This document shows, piece by piece, positions 28,155 through 37,539 of a stretch of DNA of 64,000 nt. The translations under genes were made by a program, and so were the position numbers. The notes beneath the pieces were generated by a model that saw only the letters and a program-made list of their open reading frames with translations, searched no databases and was not told the DNA's origin. This DNA comes from a virus. Positions within the stretch are counted from its first letter, which is position 1; each line of letters begins with the position of its first letter. Location: positions 51,674-115,673 of IMG/VR virus record IMGVR_UViG_3300038443_002312; one strand, written 5' to 3'.

Positions 28155-28472
28155 CTAGAGCCCGTTGTCGCGGCCCAGGGGCGAGGGCCGCGGGAAATCG
28201 GAACAGCACGTCGGGCACGGGACGGCCGCCCCCATAGTCGACCGGGCCCCCTCCCCGTCCCCGGCGCAGTCCGGGCACACCACCTCGATCGCCCTCGCCC
28301 GCTTCCGCCCGGCGCGCGAGTTCCGGCACAGCAGTTCGACGTCCCCGCCGACCCACCGGATCGTCGCGAACAGGTCGGGCCCGCGGCGGACCGTGCCGAC
28401 CCGGAACGTGTCCCCGACGTCCTCGCGGACCACGTCGCCGGGATTCAGGGCCGTCAGTTGTTCCGGGGTCAT
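28155..28472 (-). CDS. Hypothetical protein with Zn finger
   Basis: MTPEQLTALNPGDVV..., CPDC/CPTC. Confidence 0.6.
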   Translation of the reverse strand: MTPEQLTALNPGDVVREDVGDTFRVGTVRRGPDLFATIRWVGGDVELLCRNSRAGRKRARAIEVVCPDCAGDGEGARSTMGAAVPCPTCCSDFPRPSPLGRDNGL

Positions 28473-28807
28473 TTCGGTGCCTCCGGCTTCTCCGGCCCCA
28501 GGGCCCCCAGCCCGGCCGCGGTGATCGTCCATTCTTCCGCGAAATCGCCGCCCTTCCCGTCGGCCGGTTCCACCAGCTTCCGGTCGATCAGCCGGTGGGC
28601 GGTCTTCCACCACACGAACACGTTGTTCTTGGGGACCTTGTCGAGCACCGCCCACCCGTACCCGCCGCCCATGTTCACCAGCCTCCGCCCGGATCGCATC
28701 GGCCCCAGGGCCGCGCGGTCGAGCGGGGTCAGCCGGGCCTTCTGGCCCGGGGCCGGCGGGGCCAGTTTCTTCCGCTTCGCCACCGCCCACCTCGCTTTCT
28801 CGGCCAA
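28469..28807 (-). CDS. Hypothetical protein
   Basis: 112 aa ORF. Confidence 0.55.
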   Translation of the reverse strand: MAEKARWAVAKRKKLAPPAPGQKARLTPLDRAALGPMRSGRRLVNMGGGYGWAVLDKVPKNNVFVWWKTAHRLIDRKLVEPADGKGGDFAEEWTITAAGLGALGPEKPEAPK

Positions 28808-28819
28808 CCGGTTGGCGGG

Positions 28820-29050
28820 TCACTCCGCCTCGAACACGGCGACGATGGTCTCGTTCAGTTCCGCCGGGCCCGTCATGAGCCGGTGGAAGGCGAACGAGTG
28901 CAGCCGGTACCCCCGGCGGCGGTTGACCTCCAGGACCTCCTCGAACTTCTGGCGGACGAACTCGGACGGGTCCCCCGCCCCCGGGCGCGCCCCGAACCAG
29001 TTCTTGGAAATCTCCGCCACGATGTACCGCTGTTTTCCGCCCTCGCGCAT
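28820..29050 (-). CDS. Hypothetical protein
   Basis: 76 aa, GGAGGA SD. Confidence 0.65.
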   Translation of the reverse strand: MREGGKQRYIVAEISKNWFGARPGAGDPSEFVRQKFEEVLEVNRRRGYRLHSFAFHRLMTGPAELNETIVAVFEAE

Positions 29051-29080
29051 CGCCGTCCTCCGGGGTGTGGGTGGGTGGGG

Positions 29081-30331
29081 TCAGTCGGCCAGGCGGCCGA
29101 GGGCCTGGAGCAGGGCGGCGGCCGCCCCGGCCCGGGCCAGGGCGGCCGCCCGGTCCTCGGCCAGTCTCCGGGCCTCCTCCAACTGGGCCTCGGCCGCCGC
29201 GAGGGCGGTCTTGGCCGGCTCGTGCCGGGCCCGGGCGGCCTCGCGGGCGTCCCGCGCCTCGGCCGCCTCGGCCGCCCGCATGTCGCGGACCCGGACCGCC
29301 GCCCGGAACTCCTCCTCGGCGCGGGCGGCGGCGCGGGCGGCCTGGGCGGCGGCCGCCTGCCGGTCCTCGTCCCAGGCGACGGCCTCGGCGTGCGCGGCCG
29401 CGAGCGGGCCGGCCTGGGCCCGGGCGGCGGCGGCGGCGGCCTCCAGTTCGCCGACCATGTCGGCCCCGGCCCGGCTGTCCCGGGCCAGCCCGAGCAGGCG
29501 GTCGAGCCCGGCGCGGATCTTGCCCTCGTCGGCCGCCAGGCCGGCCACCAGGGCCGCCAGGTCGGCCGGGGGCGGCGGGGCCGGGGGCGGCCCGCCCGGG
29601 GGCGGGTCGGCGGGAATCACCCCGGCGGCGCGGGCGACGGCCTCGTTCAGGTCCTGGGGCTTCACGTCCGTCCGCCCGGTGTTCAGGTCGATGTCGAACG
29701 TGTACGCGTTCCCGGCGACGGTCAGTTCCCACTGGCGGGGCCCGCGGAAGGCCCGGACGCGGACCGGGTCCTTCCGCTGGCTGGCGTTCCTGGCCCGGTG
29801 GCAGTCGCGGACGAAGGCCCGCCAGCCGAAGTCCCGGCCGTACGGGGTCCGGTCCAGGAAGGCGATGAGGGCGGCCTGCCCGAACTGGTCCCAGTCGTCG
29901 GCGGCCTCGTGCCGGACGTTGACGTTGGTGGTGACGAGCGCCTGAGCGGGTATCGCGAACGACACGTACGGCCCCCAGATGGACAGGAGTTTGTCGAACA
30001 GGCCGGCCGGGTAGGTCCGGTCGGCCGCCGCCGGGGGCGCCCCCCGGCGGCACAGGTCGCACGACTTGGTCGCCCCGTCGGCCAGGACCGAGGCGCGGAA
30101 GACGGCCATGAACCCGCACCGGCTGACGCACTTGTACACGGGCTCGGCCGCGAGACGGCCCTGGGCCCGGGCGGTGACCATCCAGTGCCCGACCGCGGTG
30201 AACGCCCAGTCGTACGCCCCGGACTGGTCGGGCGGGTTCTTCGGCGGCAGTCGCGGGTGCTTCTTGATCTTGCCCCGGACGTCGCCCAGGGCGTCTTTCC
30301 AGTTCATCGGTGCTCCCGGAGAGAGGACCAC
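29081..30331 (-). CDS. Hypothetical protein with C-terminal Ala-rich coiled coil
   Basis: 416 aa ORF. Confidence 0.65.
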   Translation of the reverse strand: MVLSPGAPMNWKDALGDVRGKIKKHPRLPPKNPPDQSGAYDWAFTAVGHWMVTARAQGRLAAEPVYKCVSRCGFMAVFRASVLADGATKSCDLCRRGAPPAAADRTYPAGLFDKLLSIWGPYVSFAIPAQALVTTNVNVRHEAADDWDQFGQAALIAFLDRTPYGRDFGWRAFVRDCHRARNASQRKDPVRVRAFRGPRQWELTVAGNAYTFDIDLNTGRTDVKPQDLNEAVARAAGVIPADPPPGGPPPAPPPPADLAALVAGLAADEGKIRAGLDRLLGLARDSRAGADMVGELEAAAAAARAQAGPLAAAHAEAVAWDEDRQAAAAQAARAAARAEEEFRAAVRVRDMRAAEAAEARDAREAARARHEPAKTALAAAEAQLEEARRLAEDRAAALARAGAAAALLQALGRLAD

Positions 30332-30361
30332 GGAACCCCGTCGCGGCCCGGAACGGAACGG

Positions 30362-30697
30362 TCAGACCCGGGTGACGACGTCGGCCCCGAGCATCCCGGA
30401 GGCGAACGCGACGGCGATCCGGTCGGCCAGGGCGGCGGCCTCGCCGCCCGCCCCGGTCGTCAGGTACAGCCGCGGGGACCCGTCCGGCCCGAGGACGGCG
30501 ACCCGGTAGAACCGGGTCGGGTTGGCGCAGACCTCGACCGACACCTCGCGCCCGTCCGGGCCCTTCGCCTCGTAGTACACGCACGGGACGAAGACCCCGG
30601 GCGGGAGTTTGTCCACCGGCCCGACCCACCGCCCCTTGGGGAAGTGGCCGGGTTCGTCCGGCTTGACCTCGTACGCCTTGGCCAGGAAGTCCGCCAT
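30362..30697 (-). CDS. Hypothetical protein
   Basis: MADFLAKAYEV...; upstream CCTCACGAGG resembles the early-gene start motif. Confidence 0.6.
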   Translation of the reverse strand: MADFLAKAYEVKPDEPGHFPKGRWVGPVDKLPPGVFVPCVYYEAKGPDGREVSVEVCANPTRFYRVAVLGPDGSPRLYLTTGAGGEAAALADRIAVAFASGMLGADVVTRV

Positions 30698-30735
30698 CGC
30701 CCGCCCTCGTGAGGAATGGATTTGCCAATTCGCTG

Positions 30736-31062
30736 TCAGATGACCGCGTTGTCCCGCGCCCACCGCTCGACCACCTCGACGTCGATGTACCCGCCCCGGT
30801 CCCGGACCCGGCCGAAGACCGCCTTCGGCACCCACCACTCGTCCCCGTCGTGCCGGACCAGGGCGGCCTTGTCGGTCTGCCGGACGACCGCCGCCCGGCA
30901 CAGCCACACCGTCCGCGGGTCGCCCGTGTCGGGGTCGACCGCGTCGTACGCGTCCGCCCGCGGGAGCGGCCCGTCCCCGATCACGCGGTGGGCCCCGGCC
31001 GCCCCGGGTCGCTCTCCCCGGGTGGCTGTCTCCTGTCTTTTGTTCGGTCTTGCTCGCGCCAT
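30736..31062 (-). CDS. Hypothetical phage protein
   Basis: RQTDKAALV...EWWVPKA motif. Confidence 0.6.
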   Translation of the reverse strand: MARARPNKRQETATRGERPGAAGAHRVIGDGPLPRADAYDAVDPDTGDPRTVWLCRAAVVRQTDKAALVRHDGDEWWVPKAVFGRVRDRGGYIDVEVVERWARDNAVI

Positions 31063-31504
31063 CGTCGCACCGATTCACCCCGGGACTCGGCCGGCCCCGG
31101 CAACTCTCCCCGGACACCCCACCGGCACACCCGGGAGGGCCACTCTTGGGGCGAAGGGGGCGGGCTGCGGACCGACCCCTGCCCGCAGGACAGGGGGCGG
31201 CCGTCTCGTACTCCCGGGTTTGAAGTCCGGCGGTATGAGACCGTCCCCGGTGTTTGGTTCGCGCATCCGGGGCTTTCACCCTGCGCGCCGCGGAGGTTGG
31301 AGCCGGCAAGGGTCGGACACAGTCCGGCTTTCCGCGGTACGGCAACCCGCGACCGGGCCGCCGGAACGTCTCTACTGGTTCTTCTGTCCGCCCGAGACGC
31401 GGCGGTCCCCAGTGCCCGCAGGCCGCCCGGGGTCGGCGTCTTGCCATTCGGAGGCTGTCCCGCCAACTGGTTGGCAGGTCGCGACGGTTTTGGGCAATGG
31501 GGTA

Positions 31505-31533
31505 TTGAACCGACGGACGTGTGAGGCTAGAAT
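31505..31533 (+). promoter_or_regulatory. Sigma-70 promoter TTGAAC-17-TAGAAT
   Basis: Near-consensus hexamers with 17 bp spacer in a non-coding gap. Confidence 0.7.
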
Positions 31534-31539
31534 TGCCCT

Positions 31540-31615
31540 CGCGTCGGTCGGTTCCCCTGCCAAGGGACCGTCGCACTCAGGACCGCGGTGGTTAGCGCCA
31601 CCGCGGTCTTTTTCT
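31540..31615 (+). ncRNA. Putative ~75 nt small RNA
   Basis: Lies between the promoter and an intrinsic terminator; no ORF; two hairpins. Confidence 0.55.
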
Positions 31616-31616
31616 T
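31581..31616 (+). terminator. Intrinsic terminator
   Basis: GACCGCGGTGG-TTAGCG-CCACCGCGGTC followed by TTTTTCTT. Confidence 0.75.
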
Positions 31617-31625
31617 CCCAAACAC

Positions 31626-32120
31626 TTATACCCCGGTCTGAGCGGACCGGCAACTCGTTTTCCCGGAAGGCGCGCCTTTGGGCCGCTTCGGTGGGGTCAT
31701 TTTCTTCGCCGCCCGGGCCCCCGCGGCCGGGTCGAACTCCTCGGCGTAGTACCGGCCGCCGCACCCGCGGCAGTCCAGGACGACGACCTTCTTGTACAGG
31801 CCCCCGGTCACGTTCTCGCCGGCCCCGCCGCACGCCGGGCACGGGGGCAGGTCCGGGTAGACGCCCGCCCACCGCCGGGCGGCGGCCAGGGCGGCGGCGA
31901 GGTCCGGGAACGGGGCGACCGCCGGGCCGGCGGTCGCGGGGGTGCGGTCGGCCTTGGTCCGCAGGTCGGTGATCCGGACCGTCCCGTCGAGGGCGTCCCA
32001 GACGGCGAACCCGCCGACCAGGGCGCGGAGTTTGGCGACCGGGAGGCCGAGCCGGTTCAGCGCCTGGCGGGCGGTGCGGTGGACCATGGCTTTCCGGGAC
32101 GGCGGGCGGGGCGAGGGCAC
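31626..32120 (-). CDS. Hypothetical Zn-ribbon protein
   Basis: CPACGG...CRGCG. Confidence 0.55.
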   Translation of the reverse strand: MPSPRPPSRKAMVHRTARQALNRLGLPVAKLRALVGGFAVWDALDGTVRITDLRTKADRTPATAGPAVAPFPDLAAALAAARRWAGVYPDLPPCPACGGAGENVTGGLYKKVVVLDCRGCGGRYYAEEFDPAAGARAAKKMTPPKRPKGAPSGKTSCRSAQTGV

Positions 32121-32123
32121 GGG

Positions 32124-32828
32124 TTACTCCTTCGGGGGGTCTCCGGTTTCGACACTGTGGGCGATGGCGTCCCAGATCTCGGGGTTGGGGTAGGCGTTGA
32201 GGTGGGCCAGCGGGGTCCCGTCCGGGGCCTCCGGGGCGGCCGGGCCGCCGCCCCAGTCCCGCCCGTCCCACGCCCACCCGGCGTCGGACAGGACGCCGGG
32301 CAGGTCGGGCAGGTAGTGCTGCGGGTACCCGGGCAGGCGGGCGGCCGACGCGTTCCCGCCCGGCGTCCCCCGGCTGGCCCAGACGAGAATCACCTTGTCG
32401 TACCCGAGCGTGTACTCCCGCAGCCCGACCCGCAGGGCGTGCTCGGCGTAGCACGCCTTCCGGCCGGCCTGCCCGCAGGCGGGGCACGCCGGGCACTTGC
32501 ACGACTCGGGCGGGTGCTTGCACACCGCGCACGCCCGCTCGGTCAACTTCACGCGCCACAACGCGGCGATCTCCGGGGCCCCGCCGACCGAGACGCCCAG
32601 GGCCCGGCCGCCGGGCTCGTCGGCCTCGTACAGCGTGACCGACCCGAGGCCGTCCTCGGCGAACATCCTCTCCAACTCGTCCGGCGTGGCGGCCTCGCGG
32701 GGCGGGTCTCCTTCGTGCGCGCCCCGGCCGATGTACCTCGCGTAGTAGATCACAGGAACTCCAGGGTGGGGGCGACTCTCAGGCGGCCGGCGCCCGGGCC
32801 TTGCCCGGGAAGTCGACCAAAGCGGCAT
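32124..32828 (-). CDS. Hypothetical Cys-rich protein (start uncertain)
   Basis: CAVC...CKCPACPACG. Confidence 0.55.
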   Translation of the reverse strand: MPLWSTSRARPGRRPPESRPHPGVPVIYYARYIGRGAHEGDPPREAATPDELERMFAEDGLGSVTLYEADEPGGRALGVSVGGAPEIAALWRVKLTERACAVCKHPPESCKCPACPACGQAGRKACYAEHALRVGLREYTLGYDKVILVWASRGTPGGNASAARLPGYPQHYLPDLPGVLSDAGWAWDGRDWGGGPAAPEAPDGTPLAHLNAYPNPEIWDAIAHSVETGDPPKE

Positions 32829-33198
32829 TCTTAGCGGGATCGGCGTCGATCGTCGCCTGGTCCCGCCGGCCGGCCGCGGTCCGCCGGTTGATCGTGGCGG
32901 GGCAGATGAGACCGAGTTGCCGGGTCAGGTAGAAGTGCCCCATGTCGAGGGTGTGGCACGTCTGGAGCCCGCACGTCGGGCAGGTGTTGACGTGCTGGTC
33001 GGCGCAGGCGCACCCCGACCGGTTGACCCGGTCGCAGAACGGGCAGGCGTTCTCCCGCATCCACACGGACCGCGGGGCCCCGCACCGGGGCTCGTACCGG
33101 GGGCGGGCGTGGGCCTCGCACTTCTGGTCGCGGCGGCCGTCGGTGGCGGCGAGCTTGGAATTGTCGACGCACCCGCAGGGCAGTTTCGGCGTGGGCAT
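32779..33198 (-). CDS. Cys-rich hypothetical protein
   Basis: GGAGGT SD; many CxxC motifs. Confidence 0.55.
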   Translation of the reverse strand: MPTPKLPCGCVDNSKLAATDGRRDQKCEAHARPRYEPRCGAPRSVWMRENACPFCDRVNRSGCACADQHVNTCPTCGLQTCHTLDMGHFYLTRQLGLICPATINRRTAAGRRDQATIDADPAKNAALVDFPGKARAPAA

Positions 33199-33267
33199 AA
33201 AACCTCCGTGCTCGGGCGGCCGGCGGGCATGATACCCGGCCGGCCGCGGGGGATGGAAGGCCCGTCG

Positions 33268-33852
33268 TCAGGCCGTCCCGCCGTCCTCGCGGCGGACGAA
33301 CGACCGGCCGAGTTTCGGGGTGACGGCGTCGGCGGCGGCCTGCTCGGGGTCGGCCCGGGCCGCCTCGGCCGCCGCCTTGACGGCGGCCTTGACGGCGGCC
33401 TTGAACCCCTTCTCGTCGCGGACGAGCTTGACCCCCTTCATGATCTTCGTCAGTTCCTCCTGGAACTTCCGGTCGGCCTCCGCCCGCCGCCGGTTCAGGT
33501 CGGCGAGTTTGGCCAGGGTCTCGTCGTCGGCGACGAAGTAGTCGTCGTACTTCCGCTTGAAGACGCGCTTCCCGTCGGCGGTGACGAGCTTGTTGTCGTG
33601 CCACTCGGCGGCGTCCACGACCTCGGCGTTGTTGCTGTAGAAGGTCAGGGATGTCGACACGGTGAACAGCCGGACGGTCGGGCGGCCGGCCTGGACCAGC
33701 CGGTCGATCGTCTGGAGGGTCGCTTTCTTGACCCACCGGCCGCCCCACTCGACGCAGAACTTGCCGTCCGGGGCGAGGTAGCCGGGGTGCGGGCCGTCGC
33801 GGAACAGGGTGGCCGTCTGGCCGTGGATCGTCACGGTCTTCGGTGCGGGCAT
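33268..33852 (-). CDS. Hypothetical protein
   Basis: 194 aa, GGAGG SD. Confidence 0.7.
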   Translation of the reverse strand: MPAPKTVTIHGQTATLFRDGPHPGYLAPDGKFCVEWGGRWVKKATLQTIDRLVQAGRPTVRLFTVSTSLTFYSNNAEVVDAAEWHDNKLVTADGKRVFKRKYDDYFVADDETLAKLADLNRRRAEADRKFQEELTKIMKGVKLVRDEKGFKAAVKAAVKAAAEAARADPEQAAADAVTPKLGRSFVRREDGGTA

Positions 33853-33891
33853 GTCGGGCCTCCGGGTGAAGCGGGCGAAGGGGCGGCCGGG

Positions 33892-34095
33892 TCAGGGGGC
33901 GGCGGGTGCCGCCTTCCCCTCCTTCTCGGCCAGGTGCTTGCGGATCTGCTTGTCGACCCGGCGGAGCCGGGCCCGGGCCTTGTTGGCCGCGGTCAGGGCC
34001 CGGCCGAGCCGGGCGTACCACCGGTCGAACTCGGCCCCGGCCTTCGCCTGCTTGTCCTTCAGGGTCGCCAGGACCGGGTCTGCTTTCTTGGCCAC
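33892..34095 (-). CDS. Small basic helical protein
   Basis: GTG start with GGAGGT SD. Confidence 0.6.
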   Translation of the reverse strand: MAKKADPVLATLKDKQAKAGAEFDRWYARLGRALTAANKARARLRRVDKQIRKHLAEKEGKAAPAAP

Positions 34096-34163
34096 GTGCG
34101 ATACCTCCGGGGATGGGTGGGCGAAGGGGCGGCCGGCCCGGGTGGGGGCCGGTCGCTGGGGGC

Positions 34164-35195
34164 TCAGCGGTCGACGACGACCAGGCACGTCTTGACGCCG
34201 GTCGAGCGGAACGCCCCCTCGAACGCGCCGTCCGGGAGGTCGTACCGCTCCCCGCCGACCTCGTCGAACCACTCGCGGAACTCCGCCGCCTTCCGGTCCG
34301 CCCGGAAGAACGGGCCGGTCGACATGACGGACACGAGTCGTCCGCCGGGCCGCAACAGGGCGTGTGCGTGGCGGACGTGCAGGATGTCCTGGCCACTTTC
34401 AAAGGGGGGATTGGCAAGAACCCGATCGTACAACTCGGCGCGGGCCGTCCAGCTTCTCCCGGTAGCGTCCATTTCAGATGGCAACTGTTCCGGGGCTGGC
34501 AACTGAAGGAAGTCCTCACCGATCACCGTGTGCCCCTTCGCGGTCAGGATCTCCCGCAATTGGTGGTTGATCTCGCACACGTCGACCGCCGCGTCGGGGA
34601 ACGCCCCGCGGACGGCGTCGGCGATGTCCCCCTTGCCGGCCGACGGTTCCAGGACCCGCAACCCGGTCTTCCCGAGGACGTCCGCCAGGTCGATCATCCG
34701 GGCGATGACCGGGGCCGGGGTCGGGAAGAACCCGGGGATCTGGGCGAACCGGACGCGGGCCTCCAGGTCGCGGATCTTCGCGACCCGCGCCGCCTCTTCC
34801 TGCGCCGCCTTGTCCTCCGGCGACTGCCGGCCGTCCAGCCACTCCCGCAGGGCGACGGCCGTCTTGCTCGTGTCGTGGAACTCCCCGGTGTCGCGGAGCG
34901 AGTAGTGCCCGCCGGAATGGTCGACGCGGGTGGCCAGCATGGCCAGGAGTTCCTTCTTGCCGGCGATCCCGCCCAGGGCGGGCGGGCACCGGCCGGCCTC
35001 GTGCGCGTCGGCCAGCTTGAGGAGCGCGCCCCGGACCCGGGCCAGGTGGTCGGCCTCGATCCGGGCCGACGCGGCCTGCATCTGCCGCTTCGGGGTGTTG
35101 TCGAGGCGGGGGTGGCGCTTGTCGGCGATTTGCTTGGCCAGCGTCTCGGCCAGCTTGCGGAACCGGGGGGCAATGCTCGCGGTCTTCGGTGGCAT
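34164..35195 (-). CDS. N6-adenine-type methyltransferase with N-terminal extension
   Basis: GFFPTP, VLEPSAGKGDIAD, ANPPF. Confidence 0.88.
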   Translation of the reverse strand: MPPKTASIAPRFRKLAETLAKQIADKRHPRLDNTPKRQMQAASARIEADHLARVRGALLKLADAHEAGRCPPALGGIAGKKELLAMLATRVDHSGGHYSLRDTGEFHDTSKTAVALREWLDGRQSPEDKAAQEEAARVAKIRDLEARVRFAQIPGFFPTPAPVIARMIDLADVLGKTGLRVLEPSAGKGDIADAVRGAFPDAAVDVCEINHQLREILTAKGHTVIGEDFLQLPAPEQLPSEMDATGRSWTARAELYDRVLANPPFESGQDILHVRHAHALLRPGGRLVSVMSTGPFFRADRKAAEFREWFDEVGGERYDLPDGAFEGAFRSTGVKTCLVVVDR

Positions 35196-35258
35196 GGGAA
35201 CCTCAAGGAAGGGTGGGCGGAGGGGCCGGCGGCCGATCTCTCGGGCCGCCGGCCGGGG

Positions 35259-35591
35259 TCAGGACAGCCAGGGGGTGCCGGTGTCGGTGGCCACGTGGGG
35301 CGCCGGCCGCGGGGCCGGCGGGGGCGGTTCGGTCAGGGCGGCGCCGACGTCCCGGCCGGTCCGGCTCAGGTAGGCGGCCCGGGAGATGGGCCAGAACCCC
35401 TCCTGGCCGTCGTTCTTCTCGGGGATCAACTCGGCCCGGTAGTGGGTCACGGCCGTCCGCTCGCCGCGGACCTTGCGGCCGGTGTGGGTGCCGGTGGTGA
35501 ACCGGACGCGGCCGGCGGCGGCCAGGGCGGCGATCGTCGTCACCTCCCCGGTCGCGGCGAGGCGGACCGGGGCGGTCAGGGCAACGGGCAT
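35259..35591 (-). CDS. Hypothetical protein
   Basis: GGAGG SD. Confidence 0.55.
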   Translation of the reverse strand: MPVALTAPVRLAATGEVTTIAALAAAGRVRFTTGTHTGRKVRGERTAVTHYRAELIPEKNDGQEGFWPISRAAYLSRTGRDVGAALTEPPPPAPRPAPHVATDTGTPWLS

Positions 35592-35671
35592 GGGGCCTCC
35601 GGGGTCGGGTCGGGCGGAGGGCCGGCCGGGCCCGGTGGGGGCGGCGGCCGGCGGGTGCCAGTCGGTTGGCG

Positions 35672-36163
35672 TCACTCCAGGTCCTCGCGGACGTCGGCCT
35701 CCAGCGTTTCCAGGGCCGCAATCGTGCCGCCGACCTTCTCGGCCACGGCGGCAATTTCGCTCTCCAGGGCCTGGAGGGCCTTGCGGTGCTCGTCGGCCGC
35801 GGTGCTGTCCTCCGGGGCGTCGGGGACCTTGATCGCGGTCAGCCGGTCCCAGGTTTTGTCGAGGTCCTTCGCCAGCCTGTCGGCGCGGGTGGTTACCGCC
35901 TCGAACACGTCGTCCGCGCCGGCCGCCTGGCCGGCGAACTCGTCGGCGATTTCCAGCAGGCGGCCGACGTTGACGGGGCGGCCGAGTGCGTGATTGGTCT
36001 TCTCGTACTCCAGGTCGTTGAGGAGGGCCTGGTGCTCAGGCGACAGGGGCCGCTTGGGTTTGCTCGGCTTTTTGGCCGGCTCCGGCGGGGCCGCGCGGCG
36101 GGGTTTGGCCGGCCGCTTGGCGGTGGCCGGGTTCGGGGCCGCGGGGGCTTTCTTGCGGGGCAT
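35672..36163 (-). CDS. Hypothetical protein
   Basis: MPRKKAPAA..., GAGAGG SD. Confidence 0.6.
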   Translation of the reverse strand: MPRKKAPAAPNPATAKRPAKPRRAAPPEPAKKPSKPKRPLSPEHQALLNDLEYEKTNHALGRPVNVGRLLEIADEFAGQAAGADDVFEAVTTRADRLAKDLDKTWDRLTAIKVPDAPEDSTAADEHRKALQALESEIAAVAEKVGGTIAALETLEADVREDLE

Positions 36164-36225
36164 GTGGGGGCCTCTCGGGGGATCGGGCAGGGGCCGGGCG
36201 GTGCGGGTGGCACCGGGCCGGCCGG

Positions 36226-36855
36226 TCAGGCGGCGGCCGCCGGTTTGCGGCGGCGTTTGCGGGGGCAGAGGGCCAGGGCGGCGAGGTAGGCGCGGACGTG
36301 CTCGGTCGGGTGGCCGTGCTCGTCGAGCCAGTCCGCGGCCGCGCCGATGCCGGCGGCGTCGTCCCAGGTGACGTGGGCCCCGCCGCCGGGGGCCGCGAAG
36401 AACGCGGCCCGGATGGCCGGGGTGAGTTCGGCCATCACCTGGGCGGCGAGCAGGGCCCCGCGGAACACCTCCGACGGGGTCGCCTTGGCCCAGCGGACGG
36501 CCGCCGTGCCGTAGCCGAACGGGTAGGCCGAGCGGTCGCCGCGGAGGCTCCGCGGGGCCGTCATGCGGGCCACGTGGATGAGCACGTACCGGGTGCGGGT
36601 CGCCGGGTCGGTGAGCCACGCGTAGCCGGCGACGGTGCACGTCCGGTGGGGGACCGGGAGGTCGGCCGCGTGGGCGTGCCGGGTCGCGACCCCGTGGCCG
36701 CTCGACGCCATGTGGAACTCCGGGTGCCGCCACTCGGCCGGCAGGACGTCCAGGGCCGCCAGCCGGTTGGCGTGGCCGGCGTTGGCCAGCTCGCACATCC
36801 GGCGGAGTTCCGCGTTGACGGTTTCGAGCGTCGGATTGACCAGTAGTTTCACCAT
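36226..36855 (-). CDS. Hypothetical protein straddling the left border of the GGG-free zone
   Basis: Start motif GGAGGTCCACACATG. Confidence 0.65.
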   Translation of the reverse strand: MVKLLVNPTLETVNAELRRMCELANAGHANRLAALDVLPAEWRHPEFHMASSGHGVATRHAHAADLPVPHRTCTVAGYAWLTDPATRTRYVLIHVARMTAPRSLRGDRSAYPFGYGTAAVRWAKATPSEVFRGALLAAQVMAELTPAIRAAFFAAPGGGAHVTWDDAAGIGAAADWLDEHGHPTEHVRAYLAALALCPRKRRRKPAAAA

Positions 36856-36922
36856 GTGTGGACCTCCGGAACACGTTCAAGACAGGCGACCGGACGGCGG
36901 TAAGGCGGTGCGGTCGGTGCGG

Positions 36923-37165
36923 CTAGGCCGCGCAGTAAGGCTTCCAGTTCCTGACTTGCTCTCCGTTGAACCATCGTCCTTCATCGTGGTACAGATCGAA
37001 TAGCCAACCGGATGACTTGAGAGATTCGGCCTCTCGCTTCGTATCGACCGTGGCCAGAGTTCCGCCGGACTTGTTACGCAGCCTCCATTTCCGGCCGTGT
37101 TTTTGGACGGTCCAACCGGACGGCGGATCGGCGTCATGTTCTTCCGGTGTTGCGTGCAACGCCAT
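36923..37165 (-). CDS. Small early hypothetical protein
   Basis: Start motif; MALHATPEE... Confidence 0.7.
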   Translation of the reverse strand: MALHATPEEHDADPPSGWTVQKHGRKWRLRNKSGGTLATVDTKREAESLKSSGWLFDLYHDEGRWFNGEQVRNWKPYCAA

Positions 37166-37226
37166 GTGTGGACCTCGCGAGGAAGAGAACAGGACCGGCC
37201 GGCGGACTTCTCCGCCGGCCGGCCGA

Positions 37227-37475
37227 TCACACTTGCTCGAATCCGAAGTAGTCGGCGCCGCCACGGCCATCCTGACAGTCCACTACGCTGTACGTCTCAT
37301 CCGGTTCGTCCGAGTTGAGGTACCGGATGATTAACCACCAGCGGCCATGTTCAAATAGCGTGTCGAACCGGCGGTTTCTGGACTGGCGGCCGAACTGCGC
37401 GACGGCGGCGCGTCGGACCGCGGTTTCCGTCTTCCGGTCGTCAACTTCCGACGGTAGCGGCTTGCTGGTCGTCAT
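37227..37475 (-). CDS. Small early hypothetical protein
   Basis: Start motif; FEHGRWW...TYSVVDC. Confidence 0.75.
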   Translation of the reverse strand: MTTSKPLPSEVDDRKTETAVRRAAVAQFGRQSRNRRFDTLFEHGRWWLIIRYLNSDEPDETYSVVDCQDGRGGADYFGFEQV

Positions 37476-37539
37476 GTGCGGACCTCGCGAGGATAGGACC
37501 AGGCGGCCGACCGGCAGTGAGGCACGGCCGGCCGATCGG

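Noticed and set aside
30981-31466. 161 aa minus-strand ORF in the intergenic gap
   Set aside because: Low-complexity translation, overlaps the next gene, no SD or motif
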